A DNA stretch of 64,000 bases, taken from assembly GCA_043228905.1 (NCBI GenBank), contig JBHGNT010000014.1:15624001-15688000 (forward strand), given 5' to 3'. A program made the position numbers and the translations under genes. Below are positions 22,468-33,727 of the stretch, piece by piece; position 1 is the stretch's first letter; the number at the start of each line of letters is the position of its first letter. A model generated the notes under the pieces. The model worked only from the letters and a program-made list of their open reading frames with translations, made no database searches and was not told the origin of the DNA. The stretch comes from Azolla caroliniana. Its lineage: Eukaryota; Plantae; Polypodiophyta.

Positions 22468-25400
22468 TGTTGGGATTACGGTCCCTCCGGATGGGATGGT
22501 CGGATGTCCGGGAATCGGGAATGAAGACCCGAATGAGGACCGGAGCCGGATGATGAGGACCCCGGCTACGGAGCCGGATGACGAGGACCCCGGCTACGGA
22601 GCCGGATGACGAATGTACCCGGAGAGAGATCCGGATGCGGGGACATATTTGTGAATATGTTTGCTAAGGGCCCTTGAGGCTATATTTGTAAATAGCCCGA
22701 AAGTCATATGTGTATAAATATGACTTAGGGCAAACAGTTTTGTTTGTTGTTGCTCATTTTTCTGTTTTCCACTTAGAGGGAGCGAAGTGAGAGCAGCCGA
22801 GAGAGAGAGAGAGAGAGAGAAAGGAAGAGGTCGACGCCTCTGTGTAATACCGCCGCCTGTGGCGAGGACAGCGAGCTCAAGGTCGTCGCCTTGCAGCTCA
22901 CCATTGTACATTCCCTGCGTATAGTGATAGTTGGAGTCTTGCACTCCCGTGGTTTTTCCCGCTTAGGGTTTTCCACGCTAAACCCTGTGCATTCGAGTCT
23001 CTCTCTGTGTTTTGGATTTACTGCTGCACTGACTCGTGTTTCCTCGGTTGTGGCCGACGGAGAAGATTTTTGAAACCGTCGATTTTCTCAACAATCTGGT
23101 ATCAGAGCGACTGTAGTGCAGAAAATGGAAGGCGGCAGCAGCGGGCAGCCGGGGATGATGGTGCTGAATGCGCAGAACTACGCCGACTGGAAGATAAAGA
23201 TGGAGGATCTGCTCATTGTTCGGGACCTGTATGAACCGATCGACAGGTCGGAAATACCCAAGGGGGTACTTGAGACGGAATGGAGGCTTCTGAACCGGAA
23301 AGCCGTTGCAACCATTCGGCAATACGTCGACGTGAGCGTCCTACAACATGTGGCGAACGACACCAACACATATGAGATGTGGCGGAAGCTGTCGGGCCTC
23401 TACGAGAGGAAGAATGCGTTGAACCGGACCTCCCTGATGAGGAAGATAGTGAATCTCAAGTACCGGGACGGCGAGAGTATGGTGGAACACGTAAGCACGT
23501 TCATGGGATTCGTGAACCAGCTTGCGGCGATCAAGTTCCCGTTGGAGGATGCAATGCAAGCCATCATCCTGATGTGTACATTGCCGGAAAGCTGGGAGAA
23601 CTTGGTGGTGACTCTCAGCACCTCCTGTACCGAAGATAACTTGTCCCTACAAATGGTAAAGACAAGTATTTTGAACGAAGAAGCGCGTCGGAGAGATAAA
23701 GAACCGGCCTCCGATCCGAAGATGCTGCTTACCGAATCGGATCGGGGAAGACAACGGAACTGGAGTCCGCAAAGACGGGAGAAGTCGGGGACCCGGTCGC
23801 AGTCAAGAGGAAGGCCCACATGCTTCCACTGTGGGAAGCCGGGGCACTTCCGGAAGAATTGTCGGCATTACCGAAAAGACAACGGAGCCGATGACACTGA
23901 TTCGAAGAAGTCACCGGAGAGAAACGGTGCATACCGGGGAGCCACGGACCGGAGAGGTTCGGATCGGCGAGGGCAGGACCGGAAAGGAACAACGGCACTC
24001 GCGGCAAGTGAGGAAGAAATCATGCTCATCACCGAAGAAGGTGAACTAAACATTGCCGGCGATGAGACGACCTGGGTGGTCGATTCCGAAGCATCGTTCC
24101 ACCTGACTCCGGAGAGAAGATACTTCTCATCCTACACTGCCGGTGAGCATGGCTGTGTTCGGATGGGAAATGAAGGTACGTGCCGGATTGCCGGCATAGG
24201 AGACGTGTGGTTGACAACCCCGACCGGATGCAAAATGCTGCTGAAGGATGTCCGACACGTTCCGGAGGTTCGATTGAACCTGATTTCGGCCGGGAGGCTA
24301 GACGATGAAGGCTACACAGGTAGCATCCGGAACGGCGTAATGAAGTTCAGCAAGGGGAGCCTGATAGTGGCTCGGGCCCGGAAAGACAACACACTGTACC
24401 TGATGAATGCCCGGTTATGTCCGGAAGAGCTGAATGTGGCAGCCGACACTGCCGGTGAGCTGTGGCACAAAAGACTGTGTCACATGAGCGAGAAGGGGAT
24501 GAAGAGGCTTGCAGAAGACAACCTTATTCCAGTGAAGCACGTGCACCTGGAGAAGTGCACCGATTGCCTGGCCGGTAAGCAAAACCGAACCTCCTTCCAC
24601 TCAAGGCCACCGACGAGACGTAGCGCACCATTGGAGTTGGTGCACACTGATGTGTGTCAGGTAGAAACGAAGTCACATGGCGGAGCCCAGTACTTCGTAA
24701 CATTCATTGATGATCACAGCCGGAAGCTGTGGACGGCACCGTTGAAGACAAAGGACCAAGTGTTGTGCGTCTTCAAAGAACTCCACGCGAGAGTGGAAAG
24801 GGAATCCGGCAAGAAGCTGAAAGCGATACGAGCGGATAACGGAGGGGAATACCGGGGGCAGTTCCAGGAGTACTGTCGCTCGAAGGGAATCCGGCTCGAG
24901 TTTACTGTGCCAAAGACGCCAGAACTAAACGGGCTGGCCGAGAGGATGAACCGGACCATAATGGAGAGGGTCCGGAGTATGCTGGCGCATGCGAAATTAC
25001 CCAAGGGGTTTTGGGCTGAGGCAATGTCGACGGCGACATACGTGATAAACAGATCACCCTCAGTACCTTTGGACGGAGACACGCCGCAGAAAGTGTGGAC
25101 CGGTAAGGAAGTGTCCTACCGGCATCTGAAGGTGTTCGGGTGTCTCGCATACGTGCATGTGGCAAAGGACCGGAGAGGAAAGCTAGATCGAAAGACCCGG
25201 CCATGCATATTCCTCGGTTACGGCGACGACTAGTTCGGCTACCGAGTATGGGACCCGGTCGACAAGAGGATATTCAGGAGTCGAGATATCATCTTCATGG
25301 AGGACAAGACAATCGCCGACTGGGAGTCGGAGAAGAAGATGAAGAGCTCCAAGTCGACCGGTGAGGATCAACTCTACGAGGAGCAGTCCCGACCGGCAAG

Positions 25401-27862
25401 GGACGGGTTAGCACTCGAGGATCCGGCCGAAGACGGTGAAGAAACAGAACCGGCCGAGGAAGATGAAACTGATACCGGAACCGGCCCCGACCCCGAAATC
25501 GATTCGGATGAAGAGGAAACGGAGGAGCCGGTTACCGAAGCTCCGGAACGGAGATATCCTCTAAGAGAGAGAAGGGCCCCCCGGAGATTTCCGGAACCAG
25601 AGCACGTGCTGCTAACTGACGAAGGGGAGCCGGAGAGTTTTGAAGAAGCAAAGCTTGACACCCATAGCCGCAGGTGGTTAAGTGCCATGCAGGAGGAGAT
25701 GGATTCCCTGCATGAGAACCACACATATGAACTTGTGGAGTTGCCGAAAGGAAAGCGGGCACTTCGAAACAAGTGGGTGTTCAAGCTGAAACCGGGAGAT
25801 GCCGGAAACCCCCCGAGATACAAAGCCAGGATCGTGGTGAAGGGGTTCCAGCAGAAGAAGGGCGTCGACTTCGACGAGATATTTGCCCCGGTAGTGAAGA
25901 TGACCTCCATCCGGACGGTGCTGAGCATAGCGGCAAGCATGGACCTCGAGGTGGAACAGATGGACGTGAAAACGGCATTCCTTCACGGTGACCTCGAAGA
26001 AGAGATCTACATGCAGCAACCGGAAGGATTCGAGAAGAAAAGGAAGGAGCACCTGGTATGCCGGTTGAAGAAGAGCCTTTACGGACTGAAGCAGGCTCCC
26101 CGGCAATGGTACCGGAAGTTCGACTCTTTCATGACCGACGAAGGGTACCACAAAACGCAGTCCGATCACTGCGTGTTTGTGAAGAAGTTCGAAGGAGGAG
26201 ACTCCCTAATACTCCTCCTGTACGTGGACGACATGTTGATCGTCGGACGGGACCAGGTCAAGATACGGATGCTGAAGAAAGCGCTTCACCGAACCTTCTC
26301 AATGAAGGACCTGGGTCCGGCGAGGCAAATACTAGGGATGCACATCATCCGGGACCGGAAGAAGAAGCAGTTGTGGCTGTCACAGGAGAAGTACGTGACA
26401 AAGGTGCTTCACCGGTTCAACATGTCGGAAGCAAGACCGGTCGGGTCAACCCTCCCGGCAAACTGCAAGCTGTCCAGCAAGCAAAGCCCCAAGACAAAGG
26501 CTGAGAAGGAGGACATGATGAAAGTACCATATGCCTCTGCCGTCGGAAGCCTGATGTACGCAATGGTGTGTACAAGACCGGACATAGGATATGCAGTCGG
26601 AGTGGTGAGCCGGTACATGAGCAATCCTGGCAAAGAGCACTGGAACGCGGCCAAGTGGATACTCCGATACCTGAAGGGCACGGCAAACGTGTGCCTCCGA
26701 TTTGGCTCCGGTAAGCCCGAACTCGACGGCTTTACCGATTCGGATATGTTGGCTGATGCAGATACCAACCGGTCCACATCAGGGTATGTGATGACGTATG
26801 CAGGGGGAGCTGTTTCGTGGCAGTCGAGGTTGCAGAAGACGGTTGCGTTGTCAACCACGGAGGCGGAGTACATGGCGGCTGTTGAAGCCGGCAAGGAAAT
26901 AATATGGATGAAGGACTTCATTAGAGAGCTCGGTATCCGGCAGGAGGAGTACCGGCTCTACTGCGATAGTCAGAGTGCCATCCACCTTGCGAAGAACGCG
27001 GCCTATCACTCCCGGACGAAGCACATCCAGCGAAGATATCACTGGATCCGGGAAAGGTTAGAAGACCAGGAGTTCGTGCTGACGAAGATCCACACGGACG
27101 AGAACGGGTCAGATATGCTGACCAAAGTGCTCACACCCGACAAGCTGGAAGCGTGCCGGAAGAGGGTCGCACTGGAAAGACATCCCATGCCGAAGTGAAG
27201 GGGGAGTTTGTTGGGATTACGGTCCCTCCGGATGGGATGGTCGGATGTCCGGGAATCGGGAATGAAGACCCGAATGAGGACCGGAGCCGGATGATGAGGA
27301 CCCCGGCTACGGAGCCGAATGATGAGGACCCCGGCTACGGAGCCGGATGACGAGGACCCCGGCTACGGAGCCGGATGACGAATGTACCCGGAGAGAGATC
27401 CGGATGCGGGGACATATTTGTGAATATGTTTGCTAAGGGCCCTTGAGGCTATATTTGTAAATAGCCCGAAAGTCATATGTGTATAAATATGACTTAGGGC
27501 AAACAGTTTTGTTTGTTGTTGCTCATTTTTTTGTTTTCCACTTAGAGGGAGCGAAGTGAGAGCAGCCGAGAGAGAGAGAGAGAGAGAGAAAGGAAGAGGT
27601 CGACGCCTCTATGTAATACCGCCGCCTGTGGCGAGGACAGCGAGCTCAAGGTCGTCGCCTTGCAGCTCGCCATTGTACATTCCCTGCGTATAGTGATAGT
27701 TGGAGTCTTGCACTCCCGTGGTTTTTCCCGCTTAGGGTTTTCCACGCTAAACCCTGTGCATTCGAGTCTCTCTCTGTGTTTTGGATTTACTGCTGCACTG
27801 ACTCGTGTTTCCTCGGTTGTGGCCGACGGAGAAGATTTTTGAAACCGTCGATTTTCTCAACA
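22468..27862 (+). mobile_element. Young Ty1/copia element C2 (Tnt1/Tork-like), inserted in G1 gag
   Basis: LTRs 22468-23093 and 27209-27862 differ by a few substitutions plus one 28-bp repeat unit; iMet PBS 23097-23108; PPT GAAGGGGGAG; TSD CGAAG/CGAAG. Confidence 0.98.
23125..27198 (+). pseudogene. C2 gag-pol, full length with one in-frame TAG at 25231-25233
   Basis: gag, CFHCGKPGHFRKNC, PR VVDSEASFH, integrase, RT LYVDD and RNase H all lie in one frame. The stop interrupts the conserved GYGDD*FGYR. Confidence 0.95.
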
Positions 27863-27867
27863 CGAAG

Positions 27868-29158
27868 GCCTCTGGCTAGAAACCGGTGTTTGTGGTGCGA
27901 TGCGGTCGGCCATGTCCGGAAGGACTGCGAGGACTTCGCCGAGGCAATGAGAGCCAACGTGGTGTACCTATGGAACGGTCGGGTGCACGCTAGCGAGACC
28001 CGAAGGGCCCTGGACCTTAATGTCGCACGAGGGGGTATGAAACGGGTGATGGAAGAAGCGGCGGCTCACAACGCAGAGACCGTCCACTACTCGGCATCGG
28101 CTGGGATCCGGGTCGGAGATGGTGAGGCCCGGAAGACGAACGAAGCCGGATTCTGGCCGCTGATGCTGGAAGGCCTCGCCGGCGCATGGCTAAGGAAAGA
28201 AGAAGCGGACTGCACAGAAAAACGGGTCAGGGAGGTAACCGGGTGGAGTGACCCGGTCGAAGAGAAGACGGGCTTCGTTGAAGCCGCATGCTAGAACTAC
28301 GAGGCTCTGGTGGAAGACAAGCGAGTAGGTAAAACCGGAGGGGCCGGGCCCTCGCAACGGTACGAGACCCGATTCGGTCAAAGGCAAAATGAGGCCGGTG
28401 CGACCGGCGCACTGGATAAAGCCAAGAAGGCCGGGTACCGGTTGAGCACGGAAATCGAAAGGACCACGAACCTGGGAAAGGTCCTGGAGGAACGTATCCT
28501 CGACAACAAAGTGGAGTTGTCGCTGAGGGAAGTGCTCGGGATCGCCAAGAAGGAGTTCCACGACTCCATAGTAGACTTCGTGAAGAGGAAGAGGCTGTCG
28601 ACAAACCCAGAGCTGGAGAAGCTGGTGGAAATGCGAACGACACACATAGAGGACACGACGCTAGAAGACGAGTTGGAGGAGAGCCACTATTCGAGGCCGC
28701 ACTGGGCCAGAGCGACCACGGAGACCCCTGTTAAGATCGAAGATGTCCAGGAACTTGTGGTGGCCTTGGTAGACCATGGATCCGAAATCAACCTGATGTC
28801 CATGGATTTCTACAAGAGGGGTAAATGGCCGATCAACACCAAGCATGGGTGGAAGATACGCGCGACGACGTGTGCTATGGAGGAGCTGCATTGTGCGTGC
28901 CCGAATATACGTGTAAAGGTCGGTGACGTCGAGATAGATCAACATTTCTTCGTGCAGGAAACATCCTCGCACCCGGTGATTCTCGGTGAACCATACATTA
29001 CGGCAACACACATGGAGACGAAGGTGTTGGACAACGGTTCGGCGTACGCGCGCGTCAAGAGCCAGGAAGGTCGGCATTCCATCCAATTCATGACCGTACG
29101 TCCGAACCATGAGAGGAATCGCCAGACCCTCGGCGGCGACAGCCGAGGGGATTTTTAG
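27868..29158 (+). pseudogene. G1 ORF1 C-terminal half (zinc knuckle plus aspartic protease)
   Basis: CX2CX4HX4C knuckle, one internal TAG at ~28292, ALVDHGSEINLM...VILGEPY, ending at GGATTTTTAG. Confidence 0.85.
29149..29158 (+). promoter_or_regulatory. Putative -1 ribosomal frameshift site G_GAT_TTT (TAG) between protease and RT
   Basis: ORF1 ends D-F-stop and the -1 frame stays open into pol (GFLERAIKAWG...). The same GGATTTTTAG with GFLERTIEAWG occurs in G4 at 57596-57605 (minus). Confidence 0.7.
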
Positions 29159-32100
29159 AGAGGGCTATCAAGGCGTGGGGCCGCGATAGTCCGGACGTAC
29201 CGGAAGAACCCCACACATCTACAGTAGGTAGGAAGTTTTGGTTCTCCGAAAATGGAGGTTGTACTATAGCCGGCGTTAGCGGCCGGGAAAGGAAGCGAGC
29301 GGAGGAGTGGCTCAGGGGATGCGGAGTCCTCTCCCCCGACGAAGAGATCAGCGACGCCGTGGAGGTGGTCTCTTTTGACGACACCTTGGGCGAGTTGCGA
29401 AAGGTGATCGGTGAAGACCTTAGAGAAGACCGGACCGTTCCGGTAGGATCGATGGGAATGTACGAAGTCATCTCGGACTTAGGGGAAAGAATCGGGTCGG
29501 ATCGGATGGCCTGCGTGGGTACAAAGTACAAGACTGTGGACCGGAAGGTGAGGCCGGTCGTGGCACCCTTGCCAGAGGGCAGCGAGGAGCGGATAAAAGG
29601 GGTCACGTCGGATCCAAGTTTACGGCATCCGGCTGGCATAGGGCACCGGTTCACCGACATAACGCTACGGGAGCTCAAGGTCGGTGGGGGTGGCTTTCTA
29701 CTGCCGGCGGAGGAGAACAGGTTTCGGAGAATGCTCAAAAGGCATGGGAAGGCCTTCATGTTCTCGCCGGGGGAGATCGGGTGTGTGGACCCGACGATCG
29801 TCGAACCGATGGTGATCTTCACGGTACCGCATGTACCGTGGAATCTCAAACTGATTCCGGTGCCAAGAGCTCACATCCCGAAGTTGATGGAGCTTTTGAA
29901 GCAAAAGGTGGAGATGGGCATCCTCGAATCGTCGAGTGCCCCGTATTCGAATCGGTGGTTTACGCACCCGAAGAAGAGGAACGGCATCCCACTCCGAGTG
30001 GTGGCGAAGAAGGAGGAACAGGAGGAGTTGCTGGAGGCCTACCACAAGAGTCCCTGGGCCAGACACCGCGGAACGTGGGCCATGTTCGAGAAGCTAAAGG
30101 GGAAGTACTGGTGGCCGGGACTGTACCGGGACGTGCATCGGTTCGTGACGACTTGCGAAAGCTGTCAGATGCATTCCATAGTCTGACACTGGGACGAGCT
30201 TCACCCGACCTACCCTCCGACCATCCACTTCAAATGGATGGTGGATTTGGTGACGATGCCGATGCCGATGGGGGTAGGACAGATGCGGTATCTGGTGTTG
30301 GCTCGGGAGGATCTGACGAACCAGGTTGAAGGTCGAGCGCTGCAGAACAAAACGACTGCGGCTGTGTGCCGGTTTCTGATCGAGGACGTGATATGTCGGT
30401 ACGGGAGCGTAGGAAAGATTGTGGCTGACCGCGGGGAGTTGGACGCGCAAGAGGCTGAAGAGCTGTTTGACTGACTAGGGGTCAAACTCTCGCTCACCAC
30501 AACGTACAATAAGGAGGCTAACGAGAAGGTGGAGCGTGGACACGGGCCGATCGTCAAAGCGCTAGTACGGGCGTGTGAAGGCAATGTCGGGAACTGGCCG
30601 CGACTGTTACCTTATGCCTTGTGGGCGGACCGAACTACGCATAGTTCGGTAACCGGGTTCATGCCCGCAGAGCTTATGTACGGACAAAGGCCGATCATGC
30701 CAATAGAGCGAACCATCTCCTTCTGGGTCACGGTGGACTGGAGAGATGAGATGACTCGGGAGGAGCTGCTAGCGGCACGGATTCGACAACTCGAGCGAAG
30801 GCCGGAGACGTGGAACGAACCGCGGAGAACCTTCGGTTGGCAAGGATGAAGAACAAAGAGCGGTTTGACCGGACTCACCGACTGCCACCGAAGAAAATCG
30901 AGGAAGGCGATTGGGTCCTAGTGTATCACAGCAGCCTCGACAACCAGCACAGGGCAATGCGGAAGTTTGGAAGGAGGTGGTTCAGGCCTTACGTGGTGAC
31001 AAGCGCCAACAACAAAGGGACCTACCATCTTGCGGAGCGCGGGGAAGAGGGTCAAAGCGTTTAAGAAACGACACGAGTGCGAGCCGGATCTGGAAAGCAT
31101 GGACGGCGACGACGGGCGGCCCGAGGCGGATGACGATCCGGAAGACGAGGAGTAAAGCATGGATCGGTTTTCTCCAGCAAGGGCCCAATTTTGGCGCATA
31201 CCGGTGGATGTGCGGTTAGGTGGGGGCGGATGTCGTGAAGAAAATCGTCCCTAGGCGGAAACCGAGTTTAGTGCGTGTAAACCGGCCCTTACACGCGAGC
31301 ACACTTTTCGTTGTATGGTAAGTAAGTAGGTACAAGTCGGCTGAGGTGAAATCCTAGGTAGCACGCATTCAATAGGGAGAGAATCGAGATGTATCTCCGT
31401 CCAAAAGGACAGAGAATTAATGTCATGTAACGGATGATAACGGCCTCCCTCCTTGGGCTATAAAAGAGAGGGAGAGGAATGGAAAGAATATCGCGCGTTA
31501 GAGAGGACGAAGTGCTGTCGGACTGGGACCGAGCCCTTCTCCTCTGCCATTCTCCATAGCCATTTTTGCGCAGGTTTTCAGGAGGCTGACTCTGCTCCGT
31601 GGAACGCCCGTGTGCTTCTGGCAGAGTCTCCATCCCGCTCTTTTGTGTGTGTGAGTGAACATGCGGCGGTGTTCGCCTTGCCGTCCTGTTAGTTGTAACC
31701 GTCTTGATATATATATATATATACATACGTGTTCATATACTCGGACTTCTAGTCGTCTCGTTTTGCTGTGTTGTTTGACTGTGATTCCTGTGTGTTCCCG
31801 TGTGTGTGCGTGTGCAAGTGCGCACGTTGCCTTTCCGTTCTCCTCCTTCTCAACTATTTCTCGGTCCAAGACTCTGGTGGTCCCGCCTTGTTCTCCACGC
31901 ACGCGCGTAACAACGCAACAACGTACTCGCGGAATACCGTGACAACGTTGTCGTGTTATTACACTCACACGTATGAAATAAGGCGGGACCGCAGGGGCCC
32001 TGAACCGAGGAGCGTGAGAGAGAAGAGGGAGAGAGATTCGCAGAAACACAAAGAGACAGAAATGAAAGAATCAATTCCAATAACAATATAGATTACAGAG

Positions 32101-33139
32101 CTTGCAATGTTACAATCGGCAAGCTAGTGACAGACTCAACACAGACGAACACACGCATTGAAATACGCAGTGGAGCCTCTACCGGAAGCACGCGGGCTTT
32201 CACGCAGCCGAGGCAACCAGCCTAACCCAAAATCCTTGTAGAAACAACAACGATGGTGGAGAAGAGAGCTCAGTTCCCAGTCCGACAACACTTTGTCCTC
32301 TCAAAAACGTGCGATCCCTACTCATACCCTTTTCCTCTCCTTTTATAGCACAAGGAGAGAGAGTCGTTTACAGACTGTTAAATCACTGTTATTCTCTGTC
32401 CTTTCGGACAGAGATCCTCTTCGATTCCCTACTTAATGAATTCGTGCTACCTAGGATAATTACATCTCCGATCTATACTTAACTATGTATGTAAATATAT
32501 TAAAACATGTGCTCGTGTGTAAGGGCCTGTTCATGCACACCATCCACCGATTCCTCCTAGGGACGGTTTTCTCCACGACATCCGCCCCCACCTAACCGTG
32601 CATCCTCCGGTATACGCCGTCGTGAAGATTTTCGGCAACAGTGTGAAAATCCTATAAAACGTACGAAATCGAGTATGAATCACGTAGTACAATAATTGTG
32701 AAGATAACATTTTAAATAGATTTAATATCTAAGTACAAAATGATGGAGGTTTCGAATGCACTTTATTACACGAGAAACGGACAACTAAATGTCAAGATAT
32801 GAGGGTATAAAGTTTGTAAAAGGAAAGGAAAAAATTGTGAGATATCCCACATAGGCACGACAAATACAGCTCTCATCATATATAAGGTGGAGCAAAAGAT
32901 ATTATCTTTGTGTCTATGTGTGGAGCATAGAGAGTTCAAGGTAACTTGAACTAAGAGTGGAGGTGGGCTAGCTACTCGTAAAGGGTTTTGGCCAACCAAA
33001 ACCGGACCGGCGATGGAGCCGGTGATCCGACGGCAATCCGGCGACGGCAACGGCAACAGTAACGGTATCCGGCGAACTGGCGTCCGACGACTAGATAAAT
33101 AAATATATAAATATATATACATATTTACATATACAAGGA

Positions 33140-33206
33140 GGGCAAGTAAGGATTTGAACCTTGCACCTCCAAGTTAGGAGTCAATTGGCTTACCATTAAG
33201 CCATGC
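33140..33206 (-). promoter_or_regulatory. tRNA-like Pol III A-box/B-box cassette inside the G2 LTR (also 38200-38266, and 46515-46585 + in the G4 LTR)
   Basis: Minus strand reads TGGCTTAATGGTAAGC...GCAAGGTTCAAATCCTTAC: A box TGGCTTAATGG, D-stem GCTT/AAGC, B box GGTTCAAATCC and a T-stem, at tRNA-like spacing. Confidence 0.7.
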
Positions 33207-33727
33207 TATTTAGTTGAAATTATATTTCTATCATTGTACTTTTACATGTAAATTCTCATACATGAGAACTAAAATGAGTGACATGGTTATCATGCACCAC
33301 ATGTAATACATAAGCGCCAAATGGCAAACATGCAATTTATGCATGTCTTGTACCCTCACATGCATCATATGCATGAGAGCATCTACAAAAGAGGGAAGGG
33401 GGAGGAGAAAAAACACGGTTTTTTTTTATGAAAATTAAGAAGAAGAAATTCGTTATCAAATTGATGGTGTAACTTGTTTCTTAAATCCAAAGATAAAAAG
33501 TTCAATCGATCTTTCTCAATCGTTGAATCTCAACTTCTCTCTTTCCCAATCTATCTTAAGTACTTTCTCGACAAATCTTGTATCGACTCTAAATCCTTCT
33601 GGTCCAGAACCCCGGCGGTTCCGCCTCACGATCCGCGCGTAGTGACGGATCTTCATGACATAATTAAGTGGTGAACCCGACGTGAACAAGGCGGTAGGAA
33701 GGATCAAGTCGAGATTAATACTTGGAG

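Larger units (their letters stand above)
15030..31920 (+). mobile_element. Ty3/gypsy element G1 (tRNA-Trp PBS), RT/RNase H deleted, hosting two Copia insertions
   Basis: 5' LTR 15030-15284 plus 21180-21618; PBS 21623-21639; gag 21661-22467 plus 27868 onward (CLWCDAVGHVRKDC); PR ALVDHGSEIN; integrase ~29970-31060; PPT GGTGGGGGCGGA; 3' LTR 31231-31920; TSD ACGT/ACGT. Confidence 0.92.
14455..31944 (+). mobile_element. Solo LTR of the Trp-primed gypsy family (14455-15029 plus 31925-31944), split by element G1
   Basis: Starts TGTCGTGAAG, has the family U5 motif GTCCAAGACCCCCGCGGTCCCGCC at ~14991, resumes after G1 and ends ...CCGTGACA. ACGT flanks both sides (14451-14454, 31945-31948). Confidence 0.8.

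Noticed and set aside
25231-25233. Programmed stop-codon readthrough in C2
   Set aside because: The TAG sits inside a conserved integrase motif, lacks a CARYYA context and is not at a domain boundary; a point mutation is simpler.
23178-27042. Many overlapping antisense and alternate-frame ORFs in C1, C2 and G1
   Set aside because: These are expected shadow ORFs of GC-rich pol sequence.
33140-33206. Functional tRNA gene (Arg-CCT-like loop)
   Set aside because: The acceptor and anticodon stems do not pair and the loop differs in the G4 copy; it is kept only as a tRNA-derived cassette.
32766-33674. Repeated small ORFs in LTRs (also 37802-38476, 15088-15420, 22594-23073, 11622-11936)
   Set aside because: They recur only because LTRs are duplicated, are low-complexity or microsatellite-derived, and have no domain signal.
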